This document shows positions 27,206-37,236 of a DNA stretch of 64,000 nucleotides, piece after piece. Source of the stretch: Polyangiaceae bacterium. Lineage in GTDB: Bacteria; Myxococcota_A; Polyangia; Polyangiales; Polyangiaceae. The notes beneath the pieces were generated by a model that was not told the origin of the DNA, made no database searches, and saw nothing but the letters and a program-made list of their open reading frames with translations. The translations under genes were made by a program, and so were the position numbers. The stretch is taken from assembly GCA_044222475.1 (NCBI GenBank), contig JBGANF010000004.1:64001-128000 (forward strand). Direction: 5' to 3'. Each line of letters starts with the position of its first letter. Position 1 is the first letter of the stretch.

Positions 27206-29343
27206 GACGACTCGGTCTCTTGCTCCTCGCAGCGCTCGTCCCGCTTGCGATCGGCTGCCCCAAGGCGCAATCGCACTCGACCAAAGCCGACGGCACCGAG
27301 CAGGTGACCGGGCCCCGCGCGCCCGGCGGGTTCGTCGTCGCGGAGGCGATCTACGACGGCGGCTTCAAGAACGGCTGGCAGGACTGGGGGTGGACCAAGC
27401 GAGACTTCGACGCAGGCGCCGCGAAGCTCTCCTTCGCGAACTACGGGGGATGGATCCTCGCGAAGCCCGGGCTCTCCGGATCGTGGGGCGGCATCACGTT
27501 CCGCTACCGCGCGCCGACCTCGCTCGGCGACTTCCTCGAAGTCCGAGTCGAGTCCGCCCAGAAGGATCACCTGCCGCAGGTCCGGGTCACGACGAAGCAC
27601 AAGGCGGCCGTCGAAGACGGCTGGACCGAAGTCTTCATCCCGATCGCCGAGCTCGCTCCCGAGGACGCCGCGTTCGACCGCATCGTCATTCGCGCGCCGA
27701 TCGCGATCGCTTCGGACACCGTCGAGATCGACAAGATCGGGCTCACGACCGGGACCGACGCCGGGGCGAAGCCCGTCGCGACGAAAGCGGTCGCGCTCTC
27801 GGTCGATTGCCGCGGCAAGGTCTCGCCGATCAGCCCGCTGATCTACGGCATCGCGTACGACTTCATGGGCGACGCGAAGCAGACGCACCAGCACACCGTC
27901 GGTGCCACGACGCGGCGCTGGGGCGGAAACGCCTCCACGCGCTACAACTGGGAGCACGGACACGCCTGGAACACCGCGAACGATTGGTACTTCGAGAACG
28001 TCGACTACTCCGGTGATCCGACGTTCTCGTACAAGAGCTTCCTCGTCGCCAACCTCGACAAGGGCTACGCCACCGCGTTGACCGTACCGATCATCGGGTG
28101 GGTCGCGAAGGACACCGTCGCGAACGGCTTCCCGACGGACGTCTTCCCGAAGCAACAAGCCTCCGACCCCGGCGGTCGAGCGGCCGGCAACGGCAAAGGC
28201 GCGGACGGCAAGGAGCTCACGCCGCTCGCGCCGTCGCAGACCAGCATGCCGGCTCCGCCCGAGTTCATCGGTCGATGGGTCGAAGCCATCAAGAAGCTCG
28301 ACGCCGAGAAGGGCAAGCGCTCGGTTGCGATCTACATCCTCGACAACGAGCCGGCGCTCTGGAACTCGACCCATCGCGACGTCCACCCTCAAGCCGTCGG
28401 CTACGACGAGCTGCTCGACCGCACGATCCGCTACGGCGCCGCGATCCGAAAGGCCGATCCCGACGCGAAGATCGCGGGGCCGGCCGAGTGGGGCTGGCCG
28501 GCGTACTCGTACTCCGCGAAGGATGCCCTCGCCGGCTTCAGCGTCCACCCCGATCGCCTGATCCACGGCAACAAGCCGCTCCTCGCCTGGTACCTCGAGA
28601 AGCTCAAGGAGTACGAGACCAAGACGAAGACGCGGATCCTCGATCTGCTCGACGTCCACTTTTATCCGCAGGGGACGAACGTCTACGGTGAAGCCGCCGA
28701 CGGTCCAACCGCCGCGCTCCGCGTCCGTTCGGCGCGCGCGCTCTGGGACCCGACCTACAAGGACGAGTCGTGGATCGACGAGCCCGTGAGGCTCCTCCCG
28801 CGACTTCACGAGTGGATCGACCAGAACTACCCGGGCCGCGGGATCCAAATCGGCGAGTGGAGCTTCGGCGGCGAGTCGCACGTGTCGGGCGGCGTCGCCG
28901 TCGCGGAGGCGCTCGGCCGGTTCGCGCAGAACGACGTCACGTCCGCGTACTACTGGGTGTACCCGAAGGACGCGTCGCCCGCGTACTGGGCGTTCCGGAT
29001 GTACCGCAACTTCGACGGCAAAGGCGGGCACTTCCAAGATCTCAACGTGCCGACCACCGGACCGAGCGCGACCAACCAGGTGTCGCTCTTCGCGTCGATC
29101 GACGCTGCGCGGAAGAAGCTCGTGCTCGTCGCGATCAACCTCGGCAAAGATCAGAACGTCGACGCGACCATCGATCTCGGCGCGTGTGGCGCCGCCGCGA
29201 CGCGGCGCACGTACGCGTACACCGGACAGTCGACCGGACCGCAAGCCAGCGCCGAGATCAAGTCCGAGGGCTCGAAGGTGATCCAGAACATGCCGCCGTG
29301 GAGCATCACCGTCCTCGACGTCGATCTGGAGCCACCGAAGTGA
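27202..29343 (+). CDS. Glycoside hydrolase family 44 lipoprotein (EpsB-like)
   Basis: AIGC lipobox; ISPLIYG, RWGGNASTRYNW, LDNEPALW...HRDVHP, LDVHFYPQ, IGEW. Confidence 0.88.
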   Translation: MRRLGLLLLAALVPLAIGCPKAQSHSTKADGTEQVTGPRAPGGFVVAEAIYDGGFKNGWQDWGWTKRDFDAGAAKLSFANYGGWILAKPGLSGSWGGITFRYRAPTSLGDFLEVRVESAQKDHLPQVRVTTKHKAAVEDGWTEVFIPIAELAPEDAAFDRIVIRAPIAIASDTVEIDKIGLTTGTDAGAKPVATKAVALSVDCRGKVSPISPLIYGIAYDFMGDAKQTHQHTVGATTRRWGGNASTRYNWEHGHAWNTANDWYFENVDYSGDPTFSYKSFLVANLDKGYATALTVPIIGWVAKDTVANGFPTDVFPKQQASDPGGRAAGNGKGADGKELTPLAPSQTSMPAPPEFIGRWVEAIKKLDAEKGKRSVAIYILDNEPALWNSTHRDVHPQAVGYDELLDRTIRYGAAIRKADPDAKIAGPAEWGWPAYSYSAKDALAGFSVHPDRLIHGNKPLLAWYLEKLKEYETKTKTRILDLLDVHFYPQGTNVYGEAADGPTAALRVRSARALWDPTYKDESWIDEPVRLLPRLHEWIDQNYPGRGIQIGEWSFGGESHVSGGVAVAEALGRFAQNDVTSAYYWVYPKDASPAYWAFRMYRNFDGKGGHFQDLNVPTTGPSATNQVSLFASIDAARKKLVLVAINLGKDQNVDATIDLGACGAAATRRTYAYTGQSTGPQASAEIKSEGSKVIQNMPPWSITVLDVDLEPPK

Positions 29344-30098
29344 CCCGGGCGTTCTTCGGCCGCGTCCCGGTCGATCCGCTCACCCTGGAGGACGCCGTCG
29401 ACGCCATCGTCGATCTGGTTCGCGCGGGCCGGGGCGGCTACGTCGTCACGCCCAACGTCGACCACGTCGTCCTCGCCGAGACGGACGTCGCGTTTCGACA
29501 CGCCTACGTCGAGTCGGCGCTGTCGCTCGCCGACGGGATGCCGGTGGTCTGGGCGTCGCGTGTGCTCGGCGCGCCCTTGCCGGCGAAGGTGTCGGGCTCC
29601 GATGTAGCCGGGCCCCTCCTCGAGCGCGCCGCCAAGGAGCGGCTGCGCCTCTACCTGCTCGGAGGCGGTCCCGGGGCGGCCGAGCGCGCAGCGAAGACGA
29701 TCGCGGAACGCTGGCCCGGCGTCACGATCGCCGGGACGAGCGCTCCGCTCGTCCGCGCCGACGCGCCGCGCTCCGAGCTCCTCGCGCTGGCCGCTCCGGT
29801 GATCGACGCCAAGCCCGACCTCGTCTTCGTGTGCCTCGGCGCGCCGAAGCAGGAGGTCCTGATGCACGCCGTCCATCGCGAGCTCGCGCCGGCCGTGCTC
29901 CTCGGCTTCGGTGCGGTCGTGGATTTCCTGGCTGGCAACGTGACGCGCGCGCCGCGGTGGATGTCGGAGAACGGCCTCGAGTGGGCGTACCGGCTGGGCA
30001 AGGAGCCGAGGCGGATGTGGCGTCGCTACCTCCTCCGCGATCCGAAGTTCGCGTGGATCGTCGCACGCGACGCGCTGCTCCGATCGCGCTCGCGATGA
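29340..30098 (+). CDS. WecB/TagA/CpsF family glycosyltransferase (EpsA-like)
   Basis: VTPNVDH, ADGMPVVWAS, KVSGSD, LGAPKQE, RAPRWM..GLEWAYRL..EPRRMWRRY; GTGA overlap with the GH44 gene. Confidence 0.92.
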   Translation: MTRAFFGRVPVDPLTLEDAVDAIVDLVRAGRGGYVVTPNVDHVVLAETDVAFRHAYVESALSLADGMPVVWASRVLGAPLPAKVSGSDVAGPLLERAAKERLRLYLLGGGPGAAERAAKTIAERWPGVTIAGTSAPLVRADAPRSELLALAAPVIDAKPDLVFVCLGAPKQEVLMHAVHRELAPAVLLGFGAVVDFLAGNVTRAPRWMSENGLEWAYRLGKEPRRMWRRYLLRDPKFAWIVARDALLRSRSR

Positions 30099-30114
30099 TC
30101 GCACCCAGTTGGAG

Positions 30115-31068
30115 TCATCCGTCGCTCGCGACCTCGACGCGGTTCCTCCCCCGCTCCTTCGCGACGTAGAGCGCCCGGTCCGCGCGGCGCAGACAATCGT
30201 CGGCCGTCGAGTCGCGCTCCGCGTCGAGGAGCGCGATGCCGAAGCTGACGGTGAGCGGCTCGCCCTCCACCCCGCCGATGCCGAGGTCGCGGATCGCGAG
30301 CCTCACGCGGTTCATCGCGCTCGCCGCGTCCGACAACGTCTGCTCGGGCAAGACGACGACGAACTCCTCGCCGCCATAGCGAAAGAGGCCGTCGCCCTCG
30401 CGGAGCTGACCGCGGATCGCGCTCGCGACCTGCTGGAGCGCGGCGTCGCCCTCGAGGTGACCGCGGCGATCGTTGTACTGCTTGAAGAAGTCGATGTCGC
30501 CGATCGCGAGCGCCAGGCGATGATCGTAGCGCTTCGCGCGCGCCCACAGCGCGCGGAGCTGCTCGTCCATCGCGAGCCGGTTTCCGATCTGAGTCAACGG
30601 ATCGACCCGCGCGATTCGGAACGAGCGCTGACTGTCGCTTCGAAGCATCGCGTTCTTCTCGGAGAGCCGGCGGTGAAGCCCGACGACTCGCGCCGCCGAC
30701 ACCAGTCGCGCGCCGAGCTCGTCGAGCTCGACGGGCTTCGTCTGGTAATCGTCGGCGCCGGCTTCCATCCCGATCACGAAGTGTTGCTTGTCGGAGAAGC
30801 TCGTCATGAGGATGAAGTACGTGTACGAGCCGGCGTCTTCCGCGCGGATCCTCCGGAGCAGCTCGATCCCGTCCATGCGCGGCATCTGCCAGTCGCACAG
30901 GATGACGTCGGCCGGCGCATGGCGGTGGATGTCCCACGCCTCGAGCCCGTCGGTCGCGCTCCGGCACGTGTACCCGAGGAACGCCACGGCTGCAGACACG
31001 GCTTCACGGGCCGCAGGGTCGTCATCCACCACCAGCACGTTGATCGGGACCGAGGGGGCGTTGGCCAC
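30115..31068 (-). CDS. Response-regulator diguanylate cyclase (REC-GGDEF)
   Basis: VLVVDDD...CDWQMP; DPLTQIGNR, DIDFFKQYND..GH..GD, I-site REGD five residues before GGEEF. Confidence 0.92.
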   Translation of the reverse strand: MANAPSVPINVLVVDDDPAAREAVSAAVAFLGYTCRSATDGLEAWDIHRHAPADVILCDWQMPRMDGIELLRRIRAEDAGSYTYFILMTSFSDKQHFVIGMEAGADDYQTKPVELDELGARLVSAARVVGLHRRLSEKNAMLRSDSQRSFRIARVDPLTQIGNRLAMDEQLRALWARAKRYDHRLALAIGDIDFFKQYNDRRGHLEGDAALQQVASAIRGQLREGDGLFRYGGEEFVVVLPEQTLSDAASAMNRVRLAIRDLGIGGVEGEPLTVSFGIALLDAERDSTADDCLRRADRALYVAKERGRNRVEVASDG

Positions 31069-31082
31069 GAAGGATCCTTCGA

Positions 31083-31098
31083 AGCACGATTCGTTCCA
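31083..31098 (-). promoter_or_regulatory. sigma54-type promoter for the diguanylate cyclase
   Basis: Minus strand TGGAACGAATCGTGCT. Confidence 0.6.
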
Positions 31099-31129
31099 GC
31101 TCGTCCTCCGAGGGCGCCCAGCAGGGGAG

Positions 31130-31153
31130 GTGCAGGGTCTGCGCCGACGCGCA
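31130..31153. promoter_or_regulatory. Palindromic site plus half-site between the divergent dgc and ftsH promoters
   Basis: GTGCA-GGGTC-TGCGC (31130-31144); GCGCA half-site 19 bp further on. Confidence 0.5.
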
Positions 31154-31173
31154 ATCCGTCGAGCCAAAAACGT

Positions 31174-31189
31174 TGGCCCGGCCCGTGCA
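31174..31189 (+). promoter_or_regulatory. sigma54-type promoter for ftsH
   Basis: TGGCCCGGCCCGTGCA; in-frame ATG at 31203. Confidence 0.6.
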
Positions 31190-31202
31190 AAGGCCTGCTT
31201 TC

Positions 31203-33041
31203 ATGGCAGGTACGATGCGTGAGCGCATGCGCCCCTTTCGGGGAGCCATCATCGTCCTCTTGGTCGTACTCGTCGGGCTCTGGGCGCTCCGCGAGGCCTT
31301 GGTCCGCCCGCCGCGAGCGATCCCGTACTCCGACCTCGTGAAGGCGGTCGACGATGGGGCAGTCACCCGCGCCGATTTTCGCCCCGACGAGATCGACGTC
31401 GTCCTCCGTGGGGACGACGTGAAGCCCAAGGAAGAGGTCGTCGTTCAGCGCGTCCCGAACGTCGACGAGCATGCGCTCGTCGACGCGATGACGAAAAAGG
31501 GAGTCGAGGTCACTGGCGTACCCGAGCGCACGTCGCTGTGGGGGCCGCTGCTGTGGGGCCTGCTGGCGCTGATCTCGTTTCCCCTCGTGCTGTGGGGTCT
31601 CAGCGGGCTCGGCGGCGCCCGCGGCCAGCCGATGACGTTCGGGCGCAGCAAGGCCCGCCTCTACGACAAGAGCGCCGAGAACAAGATGACGTTCGCCGAC
31701 GTCGCCGGCGTCGACGAAGCCAAAGGCGAGCTCCTCGAGGTCGTGCGCTTTCTCCGCGAGCCGGAGCGGTACCGCGCGGTGGGCGCACACGTACCGAAGG
31801 GAGTCCTCCTCGTCGGCGCGCCGGGGACCGGCAAGACGCTCCTCGCTCGAGCGGTCGCCGGCGAGTCCGGGGTGCCGTTCTTCTCCATGTCGGGCTCCGA
31901 GTTCGTCGAGATGTTCGTCGGCGTCGGCGCGAGCCGAGTGCGCGATCTCTTCGAGCAGGCGAAGAGCCGCGCCCCCTGCATCATCTTCATCGACGAGCTC
32001 GACGCGGTTGGAAAGTCTCGCGCCGGACCGCAGTCGTACGTCGGCAACGACGAGCGCGAGCAGACCCTGAACCAGCTCCTCGTGGAGATGGACGGCTTCG
32101 ACGCCAGCGCCGGCCTGGTCATCATGGCGGCGACGAATCGCCCGGAGATCCTCGATCGAGCGCTGCTCCGCGCCGGGCGGTTCGATCGGCAGGTGCTCGT
32201 CGATCGCCCCGACGTCCGCGGGCGCGCGGCGATCCTCGCGGTCCACGCTCGCAAGGTCCTGCTCGGCCCCGACGTCGATCTCCAGCTCGTCGCGCAGCGG
32301 ACGCCGGGCATGGTCGGCGCCGATCTCGCGAACGTGGTCAACGAGGCCGCGCTCGCGTCGGTGCGTCGCTCCGCGAAGACGGTCGAAGCGGTCGACTTCG
32401 AAGAAGCCGTCGACCGCATCCAGCTCGGCCTTCGGAAGGAAGGCCGGGTCATGACCGAGGACGACAAGCGCCGCGTCGCCTTCCACGAAGCCGGACACAC
32501 GCTCGTGGCTCAGTCGATGGCCCACGCCGATCCCGTCCATCGCGTCACGATCATCCCGCGATCCATCGGCGCGCTGGGCGCGACGCTCCAACTGCCCACC
32601 GAGGAGCGCTACTTGATGACCCGCGCCGAGCTCCGCGATCGAATCTGCGTCATGCTCGGCGGCCGTGCTGCCGAGGCGGTCGCGTGCGGGGACGTGTCGA
32701 CCGGCGCGGAGGACGACCTCGAACGCGCGACCGAGCTCGCGCGCATGATGGTGTGCCGCTTCGGGATGAGCGACGCGCTCGGTCCCGTCACCCTCGCCGA
32801 CGGCCCGGGAACGCGCTACCTCGGTGGAGATCTCCAGGCGCGCCGCACCAGCGACGACACGGCGCGAGCGATCGACGCCGAGGTTCGCGCCATCGTCGGC
32901 GGAGAGCTCGATCGCGCAGCGGGCGAGCTCGCACGCCGCCGCCCCGCCCTCGACGCCATCGCGCGCGAGCTGCTCGTGAAGGAAACGCTCGACCGCGAGG
33001 AGCTCGAAGCGATCGTACGCCAAGCCGAGCCTTCGACCTGA
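31203..33041 (+). CDS. ftsH: ATP-dependent zinc metalloprotease FtsH
   Basis: Two transmembrane helices, [41 protein letters not shown]. Confidence 0.93.
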   Translation: MAGTMRERMRPFRGAIIVLLVVLVGLWALREALVRPPRAIPYSDLVKAVDDGAVTRADFRPDEIDVVLRGDDVKPKEEVVVQRVPNVDEHALVDAMTKKGVEVTGVPERTSLWGPLLWGLLALISFPLVLWGLSGLGGARGQPMTFGRSKARLYDKSAENKMTFADVAGVDEAKGELLEVVRFLREPERYRAVGAHVPKGVLLVGAPGTGKTLLARAVAGESGVPFFSMSGSEFVEMFVGVGASRVRDLFEQAKSRAPCIIFIDELDAVGKSRAGPQSYVGNDEREQTLNQLLVEMDGFDASAGLVIMAATNRPEILDRALLRAGRFDRQVLVDRPDVRGRAAILAVHARKVLLGPDVDLQLVAQRTPGMVGADLANVVNEAALASVRRSAKTVEAVDFEEAVDRIQLGLRKEGRVMTEDDKRRVAFHEAGHTLVAQSMAHADPVHRVTIIPRSIGALGATLQLPTEERYLMTRAELRDRICVMLGGRAAEAVACGDVSTGAEDDLERATELARMMVCRFGMSDALGPVTLADGPGTRYLGGDLQARRTSDDTARAIDAEVRAIVGGELDRAAGELARRRPALDAIARELLVKETLDREELEAIVRQAEPST

Positions 33042-33043
33042 GC

Positions 33044-33077
33044 CTGCAATTTCTGCGGGCGCATGCACCGATTGCAT
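33044..33077. promoter_or_regulatory. Tandem palindromic sites upstream of pcm
   Basis: CTGCA-ATTTC-TGCGG (33044-33058) and ATGCA-CCGAT-TGCAT (33063-33077). Confidence 0.6.
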
Positions 33078-33097
33078 CGCTCACCACGGCGAGTCGA

Positions 33098-33113
33098 TGG
33101 CTCGGATTTCGCA
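33098..33113 (+). promoter_or_regulatory. sigma54-type promoter for pcm
   Basis: TGGCTCGGATTTCGCA; ATG at 33126. Confidence 0.6.
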
Positions 33114-33125
33114 CTGGATCCTGCC

Positions 33126-35132
33126 ATGGCCATCGACCGAGACCGCCGCCGGGCATGGATGGTCGCGCGTCACCTCGAGAGGCGCGACATCGAGAGCCCA
33201 CTCGTACTGGATGCCTTTCGCACCGTACCGCGCGAAGACTTTCTCCCGCCCGAGCTCGGTGAGTTCGCATACGAAGACACGCCGCTCCCCATCGCCGAGG
33301 GCCAGACCATCTCGCAGCCGTACATCGTGGCGTTCACGGTGCAGGCGCTGGGGTTGACCGGCAAGGAGAAGGTCCTCGAGGTCGGCACTGGGTCCGGATA
33401 CGCCGCCGCCATCCTGAGTCGAGTCGCTGGGGAAGTCTTCACGGTCGAGCGCATCCCTTCCCTCGCCCAGACCGCCGAGGCGAAGCTCGCGAGCCTCGGA
33501 TACTCGAACGTCCACGTCACGTGTCGCGATGGCTCGCTCGGGTGGCCGGAGCACGCGCCCTACGATGCGATCGCCGTCGCCGCCGGAGGCCCCAGCGTCC
33601 CACGCGCGCTCCTCGATCAGCTCGCCATCGGGGGGCGGCTCGTCATCCCGGTGGGGCCGGAGGACACGCAGGTGCTCGTGCGCGTCACGCGCGTCGGGCA
33701 AGAGGACTTCCGCCGAGAGTCGCTCAGCGACGTCCGCTTCGTGCCGCTCATCGGCGCACAGGCGTGGTCGTCGCCGACGCAGCGCGAAGAGCAGGCGGTC
33801 GCCGCGCGAGAGCCCGTCGTGGTCACGCCGCCGGTCGCCCGACGGAGCTCGGCGCTCGGCGCGCTCGTTCGCGAGTCGTGCGAGCCCTTGAGCGACATCG
33901 AACACACCTCGATCGATGCCCTCCTCGACCGCATCGCCGACGCCAAGCTCGTGCTCCTCGGCGAGTCGACCCACGGGACCAGCGAGTTCTACCGGATGCG
34001 CGCCCGGATCACGCGCGAGCTGATCGCCCGGCGCGGTTTCCATTTCGTCGCCGTCGAGGCCGACTGGCCCGACGCCGCTCGGATCGACGATCACGTCCAG
34101 GGCGGCCCGCGCCGGTCGAAGCTGGACTTCACGCCGTTCGCCCGCTTTCCGCGGTGGATGTGGCGCAACGACGAGGTCCACGACTTCGTCGACTGGCTCC
34201 GCGTCCACAACGCCGCACATCCGACAGCGAAGGTCGGATTCCACGGCCTCGACCTCTACAGCTTGTTCACCTCGATCGACGCCGTGCTCGCCTACCTCGA
34301 CGAGGTCGACCCGAGCGCGGCGCGCGTCGCGCGGCACCGGTACGGCGCGCTCACGCCGTGGCAGAAGGATCCCGCCGCCTATGGCGAGGCGGTGCTCCTC
34401 GGTCGCTACGAGAGCTCGGAGGACGCGGTGGTGACCATGCTCCGCGACATGCTCGGTCGTCGCCTCGAGTACATCGAGCACGACGGTGCGAAGTTCTTCG
34501 ACGCCGCCCAGAACGCCCGCGTCGTCGCCGACGCCGAGGCCTACTACCGCGCGATGTACTACGGCTCGGTCACGTCGTGGAACCTTCGCGACAGCCACAT
34601 GTTCGACACGCTCCGTTCCCTCTTCTCGTTCTACGGCCCGGACGCGAAGGGGATCGTGTGGGAGCACAACTCCCACGTCGGGGACGCCACCGCCACCGAG
34701 ATGAGCGCTCGCGGCGAGCACAACGTCGGACAGCTCGCGCGGCAGCACTTCGCGCGCGGCGCGTACATCATCGGGTTCGGCACCGACCACGGCACGGTGG
34801 CAGCGGCGTCGAACTGGGGAGAGCCGATGCAGCGCATGGACGTGGTTCCCGCGCGCAGCGACAGCTACGAGCGGATCTTCCACGAGTCGGGGGTGCGGGC
34901 CTTCACCCTTCGGCTCCGCGATCCGTCGCGGGCCGCCCTGCGCGAGGAGCTCCTCTCGACGCGCCTGGAGCGGGCGATCGGGGTCGTGTACCGCCCGAAG
35001 ACGGAGCTCGCGAGCCACTACTTCTATGCGTCGCTTCCGCGCCAGTTCGACGAGTACGTCTGGTTCGACGAGACCTCGGCGGTCACCCCGCTCGACGGCG
35101 CACGGAGCGACACGTACCCTTTCGGTCGGTGA
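33126..35132 (+). CDS. pcm: Protein-L-isoaspartate O-methyltransferase fused to an erythromycin-esterase-family domain
   Basis: GQTISQPYIV, VLEVGTGSGY, APYDAI, VRFVPLIG; then LLGESTHGTSEFY, AVEADWPD, WEHNSHVGDA, LERAIGVVY, QFD. Confidence 0.88.
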   Translation: MAIDRDRRRAWMVARHLERRDIESPLVLDAFRTVPREDFLPPELGEFAYEDTPLPIAEGQTISQPYIVAFTVQALGLTGKEKVLEVGTGSGYAAAILSRVAGEVFTVERIPSLAQTAEAKLASLGYSNVHVTCRDGSLGWPEHAPYDAIAVAAGGPSVPRALLDQLAIGGRLVIPVGPEDTQVLVRVTRVGQEDFRRESLSDVRFVPLIGAQAWSSPTQREEQAVAAREPVVVTPPVARRSSALGALVRESCEPLSDIEHTSIDALLDRIADAKLVLLGESTHGTSEFYRMRARITRELIARRGFHFVAVEADWPDAARIDDHVQGGPRRSKLDFTPFARFPRWMWRNDEVHDFVDWLRVHNAAHPTAKVGFHGLDLYSLFTSIDAVLAYLDEVDPSAARVARHRYGALTPWQKDPAAYGEAVLLGRYESSEDAVVTMLRDMLGRRLEYIEHDGAKFFDAAQNARVVADAEAYYRAMYYGSVTSWNLRDSHMFDTLRSLFSFYGPDAKGIVWEHNSHVGDATATEMSARGEHNVGQLARQHFARGAYIIGFGTDHGTVAAASNWGEPMQRMDVVPARSDSYERIFHESGVRAFTLRLRDPSRAALREELLSTRLERAIGVVYRPKTELASHYFYASLPRQFDEYVWFDETSAVTPLDGARSDTYPFGR

Positions 35133-35140
35133 GCCCGGCG

Positions 35141-35731
35141 ATGAGCGCGAGAGTTCCGGCCGCATGCCTCGGAGCTCTCACCGTGTGGACCGCCGTCCTC
35201 GGCATCGCCCCGCGCGATCGAACGACGTGGTGGCTCGAGAGCTCGCTCCTCTTCGTCACCGTCGCGCTTGCGGTCGCCACGTACCGGAAGTTCCGCTTCA
35301 GCGATCGCGCCTACGTGCAGGCCACCGTCCTCCTCGCGCTGCACGCGGTCGGAAGTCACTACACGTACTCGGCGACGCCCATCGGTGCCATCGTCAGCCA
35401 CGCCCTCGGAGCGGAGCGCAACCATTACGACCGGTTCGTCCACTTCATGTTCGGCGTGCTGATGCTCGCCCCGAACCGCGAGCTGTTCCTCGGACGCGCG
35501 ACGATCTCGATCGCTCGTCAGGTCGCGCTGGCGATCGCGCTCATCGTGGCGTGGGGCGCTCTCTACGAGATCCTGGAGTGGCTCACGGCGATCGTCGTCG
35601 ACCCTGGGTCGGGCGCGGCTTACCTCGGAACCCAGGGCGACGAGTGGGATGCACAGAAAGACATGGCCTGCGCGGGCGCGGGCGCGGCGGTCGCGGGCGT
35701 GCTCGAGGCCATACGCCTGAGGCGCGCCTAG
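35141..35731 (+). CDS. DUF2238 (YjdF-like) inner membrane protein
   Basis: PRDRTTWWLE, GSHYTYS, RNHYDRFVH, YEILEW, LGTQGDEWDAQKDM. Confidence 0.88.
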   Translation: MSARVPAACLGALTVWTAVLGIAPRDRTTWWLESSLLFVTVALAVATYRKFRFSDRAYVQATVLLALHAVGSHYTYSATPIGAIVSHALGAERNHYDRFVHFMFGVLMLAPNRELFLGRATISIARQVALAIALIVAWGALYEILEWLTAIVVDPGSGAAYLGTQGDEWDAQKDMACAGAGAAVAGVLEAIRLRRA

Positions 35732-36168
35732 CCCTCCTTGGGCGCCGACACGGTGAGCACCGGAACCGGTGACGTTCGCACGATCCGCTCCGCGACGCTG
35801 CCGAGCAGTACGCGGGTCAGACCGCGGCGACCGTGCGTACCCATCACGATGAGGCCGCACTTTCGGGCCTCGGCCATGTCGAGGATCTGGCGCGCCGTCT
35901 CGCCGAAGGCGACCTCACCCTCGACGTTCGCGTACTTCGCGCGCGTGCGGCCGAGGAGCTCGTCGAGCGCGGCCTTCGCTTGGCGCTCCATCTCGGCGAT
36001 GGGCCACTGGATCATGTCGCCATACTCGGTCACTGGGATCGAGTACGCGTGCACCAGCGTGACCTTCGACCCGAACTTCTGCGCGAGCTCGATCGCGTAG
36101 TCGAGGGCCGCGAGCGACGCCGGGCCGAAGTCGATCGGAACGAGGATCCTCTCGAGCGCGGGCTTCAT
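35728..36168 (-). CDS. Universal stress protein
   Basis: ILVPIDFG...LIVMGTHGRRG...LLGSVAERIVRTSPVPVL. Confidence 0.92.
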   Translation of the reverse strand: MKPALERILVPIDFGPASLAALDYAIELAQKFGSKVTLVHAYSIPVTEYGDMIQWPIAEMERQAKAALDELLGRTRAKYANVEGEVAFGETARQILDMAEARKCGLIVMGTHGRRGLTRVLLGSVAERIVRTSPVPVLTVSAPKEG

Positions 36169-36497
36169 CGGCCGGCCGAGGAACCGCGAACCTTCGCTCC
36201 ACGGGCGCGGGACTTCGCGTACTTCGCCTCCGGGGAGCCCTTCTGGAGCTGTTCGCGACTGGTGAGCCCAGCGTCGGGCTTCGAGCGGTTTGCGCTCTTC
36301 CGCGTCGACTTGCGAGACGGGCGCCCCTTCTGCTCTTCGAGCGCGTACGTCGCTTTCTTCGAGGCTCCCTTCTTGTTCCGTGATCGGCTCGCCAACGGAC
36401 TGCCGGGCTTGCTGGCTTTGGCGCGCTTCGCCTTCTTCGCTTTCGCCGCACCGGTTCGCTGCGCGTTCGCCTTGTACTGCTCGGATCGGGTAGCCAT
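36165..36497 (-). CDS. Small, highly basic Lys/Arg/Ala/Ser-rich protein
   Basis: 110 aa, KKATYALE...RPSRKSTRKSANRSK; ATGA overlap with the USP gene. Confidence 0.7.
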   Translation of the reverse strand: MATRSEQYKANAQRTGAAKAKKAKRAKASKPGSPLASRSRNKKGASKKATYALEEQKGRPSRKSTRKSANRSKPDAGLTSREQLQKGSPEAKYAKSRARGAKVRGSSAGR

Positions 36498-36498
36498 G

Positions 36499-37068
36499 TC
36501 AGAAGCCTCTTTTCTGGTCGGTTGCGTTCGCGATCGTTCGCTGAGCGTTCAGCTCACGAGCGCTGGAGAGCTTGGTATCGCCGTGTGGGTTCGGTTCGGC
36601 AACCGAGTTCCGTTGAGCCGCGAGAGTACGCGGGCTCCTGCGAGCCGTCGAGGGTGGCTCGTCCGGGACCTCGCGCGCATCGAACAGCGCCGCGACGTTC
36701 GGAGGGAGGGCACGACGCACACGGGCGCACGCCGACACCGGAGCGAGCTCGCCGATCGCTTGGAGGACGACCTGAACCTCCTCGCGCGCCTCGCCTGGGG
36801 CACGATCGCGGGCGTGCGCCCGATAGAGACCCTCGAGGTCCATCGACTCGTGATGCGCGGGCGCGCTCAACGCACGCCCCCACGTGACGGGCAGCGCGTT
36901 CGCGAGCGGGCGGCGCTCGTCTTGGGTCAACATCGCTCCGAGGGCGCCGAGCACGGACGGGATGATCCGTCGCGCTTCCGTCAGCGGTACCGGAGCCCGT
37001 TCGGCGACGCGCCGCGCGAGCGCGCGCCCGAGCGCTGCCCGCTCTTGGGTCGAGGGTTCGGTGCTCAT
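36499..37068 (-). CDS. DUF2267-like protein
   Basis: EARRIIPSVLGALGAML...LANALP...VQVVLQAIGE...VRRALP; C-terminal SVAEPNPHGDTKLSSAR. Start MSTEP lies below a sigma54 site. Confidence 0.65.
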   Translation of the reverse strand: MSTEPSTQERAALGRALARRVAERAPVPLTEARRIIPSVLGALGAMLTQDERRPLANALPVTWGRALSAPAHHESMDLEGLYRAHARDRAPGEAREEVQVVLQAIGELAPVSACARVRRALPPNVAALFDAREVPDEPPSTARRSPRTLAAQRNSVAEPNPHGDTKLSSARELNAQRTIANATDQKRGF

Positions 37069-37080
37069 GGGCGAGACGGG

Positions 37081-37096
37081 TGCAACCGCCGAGCCA
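37081..37096 (-). promoter_or_regulatory. sigma54-type promoter for the DUF2267-basic protein-USP operon
   Basis: Minus strand TGGCTCGGCGGTTGCA. Confidence 0.68.
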
Positions 37097-37129
37097 ACCT
37101 CGATCGGCCGAGCCGGGCGCCGAACGCGA

Positions 37130-37153
37130 GCGCACCGCTTGCGTAGAGCTGCA
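37130..37153. promoter_or_regulatory. Palindromic site plus half-site between divergent sigma54 promoters
   Basis: GCGCA-CCGCT-TGCGT (37130-37144); CTGCA half-site 19 bp further on. Confidence 0.55.
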
Positions 37154-37206
37154 AAAAGAATCGGCTCGAGGCCATGGAACCCTCGGGAACTCAGCCGAAT
37201 TTCGGC

Positions 37207-37222
37207 TGGCACGCCCGGTGCT
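37207..37222 (+). promoter_or_regulatory. sigma54-type promoter
   Basis: TGGCACGCCCGGTGCT; GTG 37234 and ATG 37237 follow. Confidence 0.68.
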
Positions 37223-37236
37223 TCGACCCGCCGGTG

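Noticed and set aside
33900..35132. Macrolide resistance gene (ere)
   Set aside because: Family-level similarity only; fused to Pcm in a stress context.
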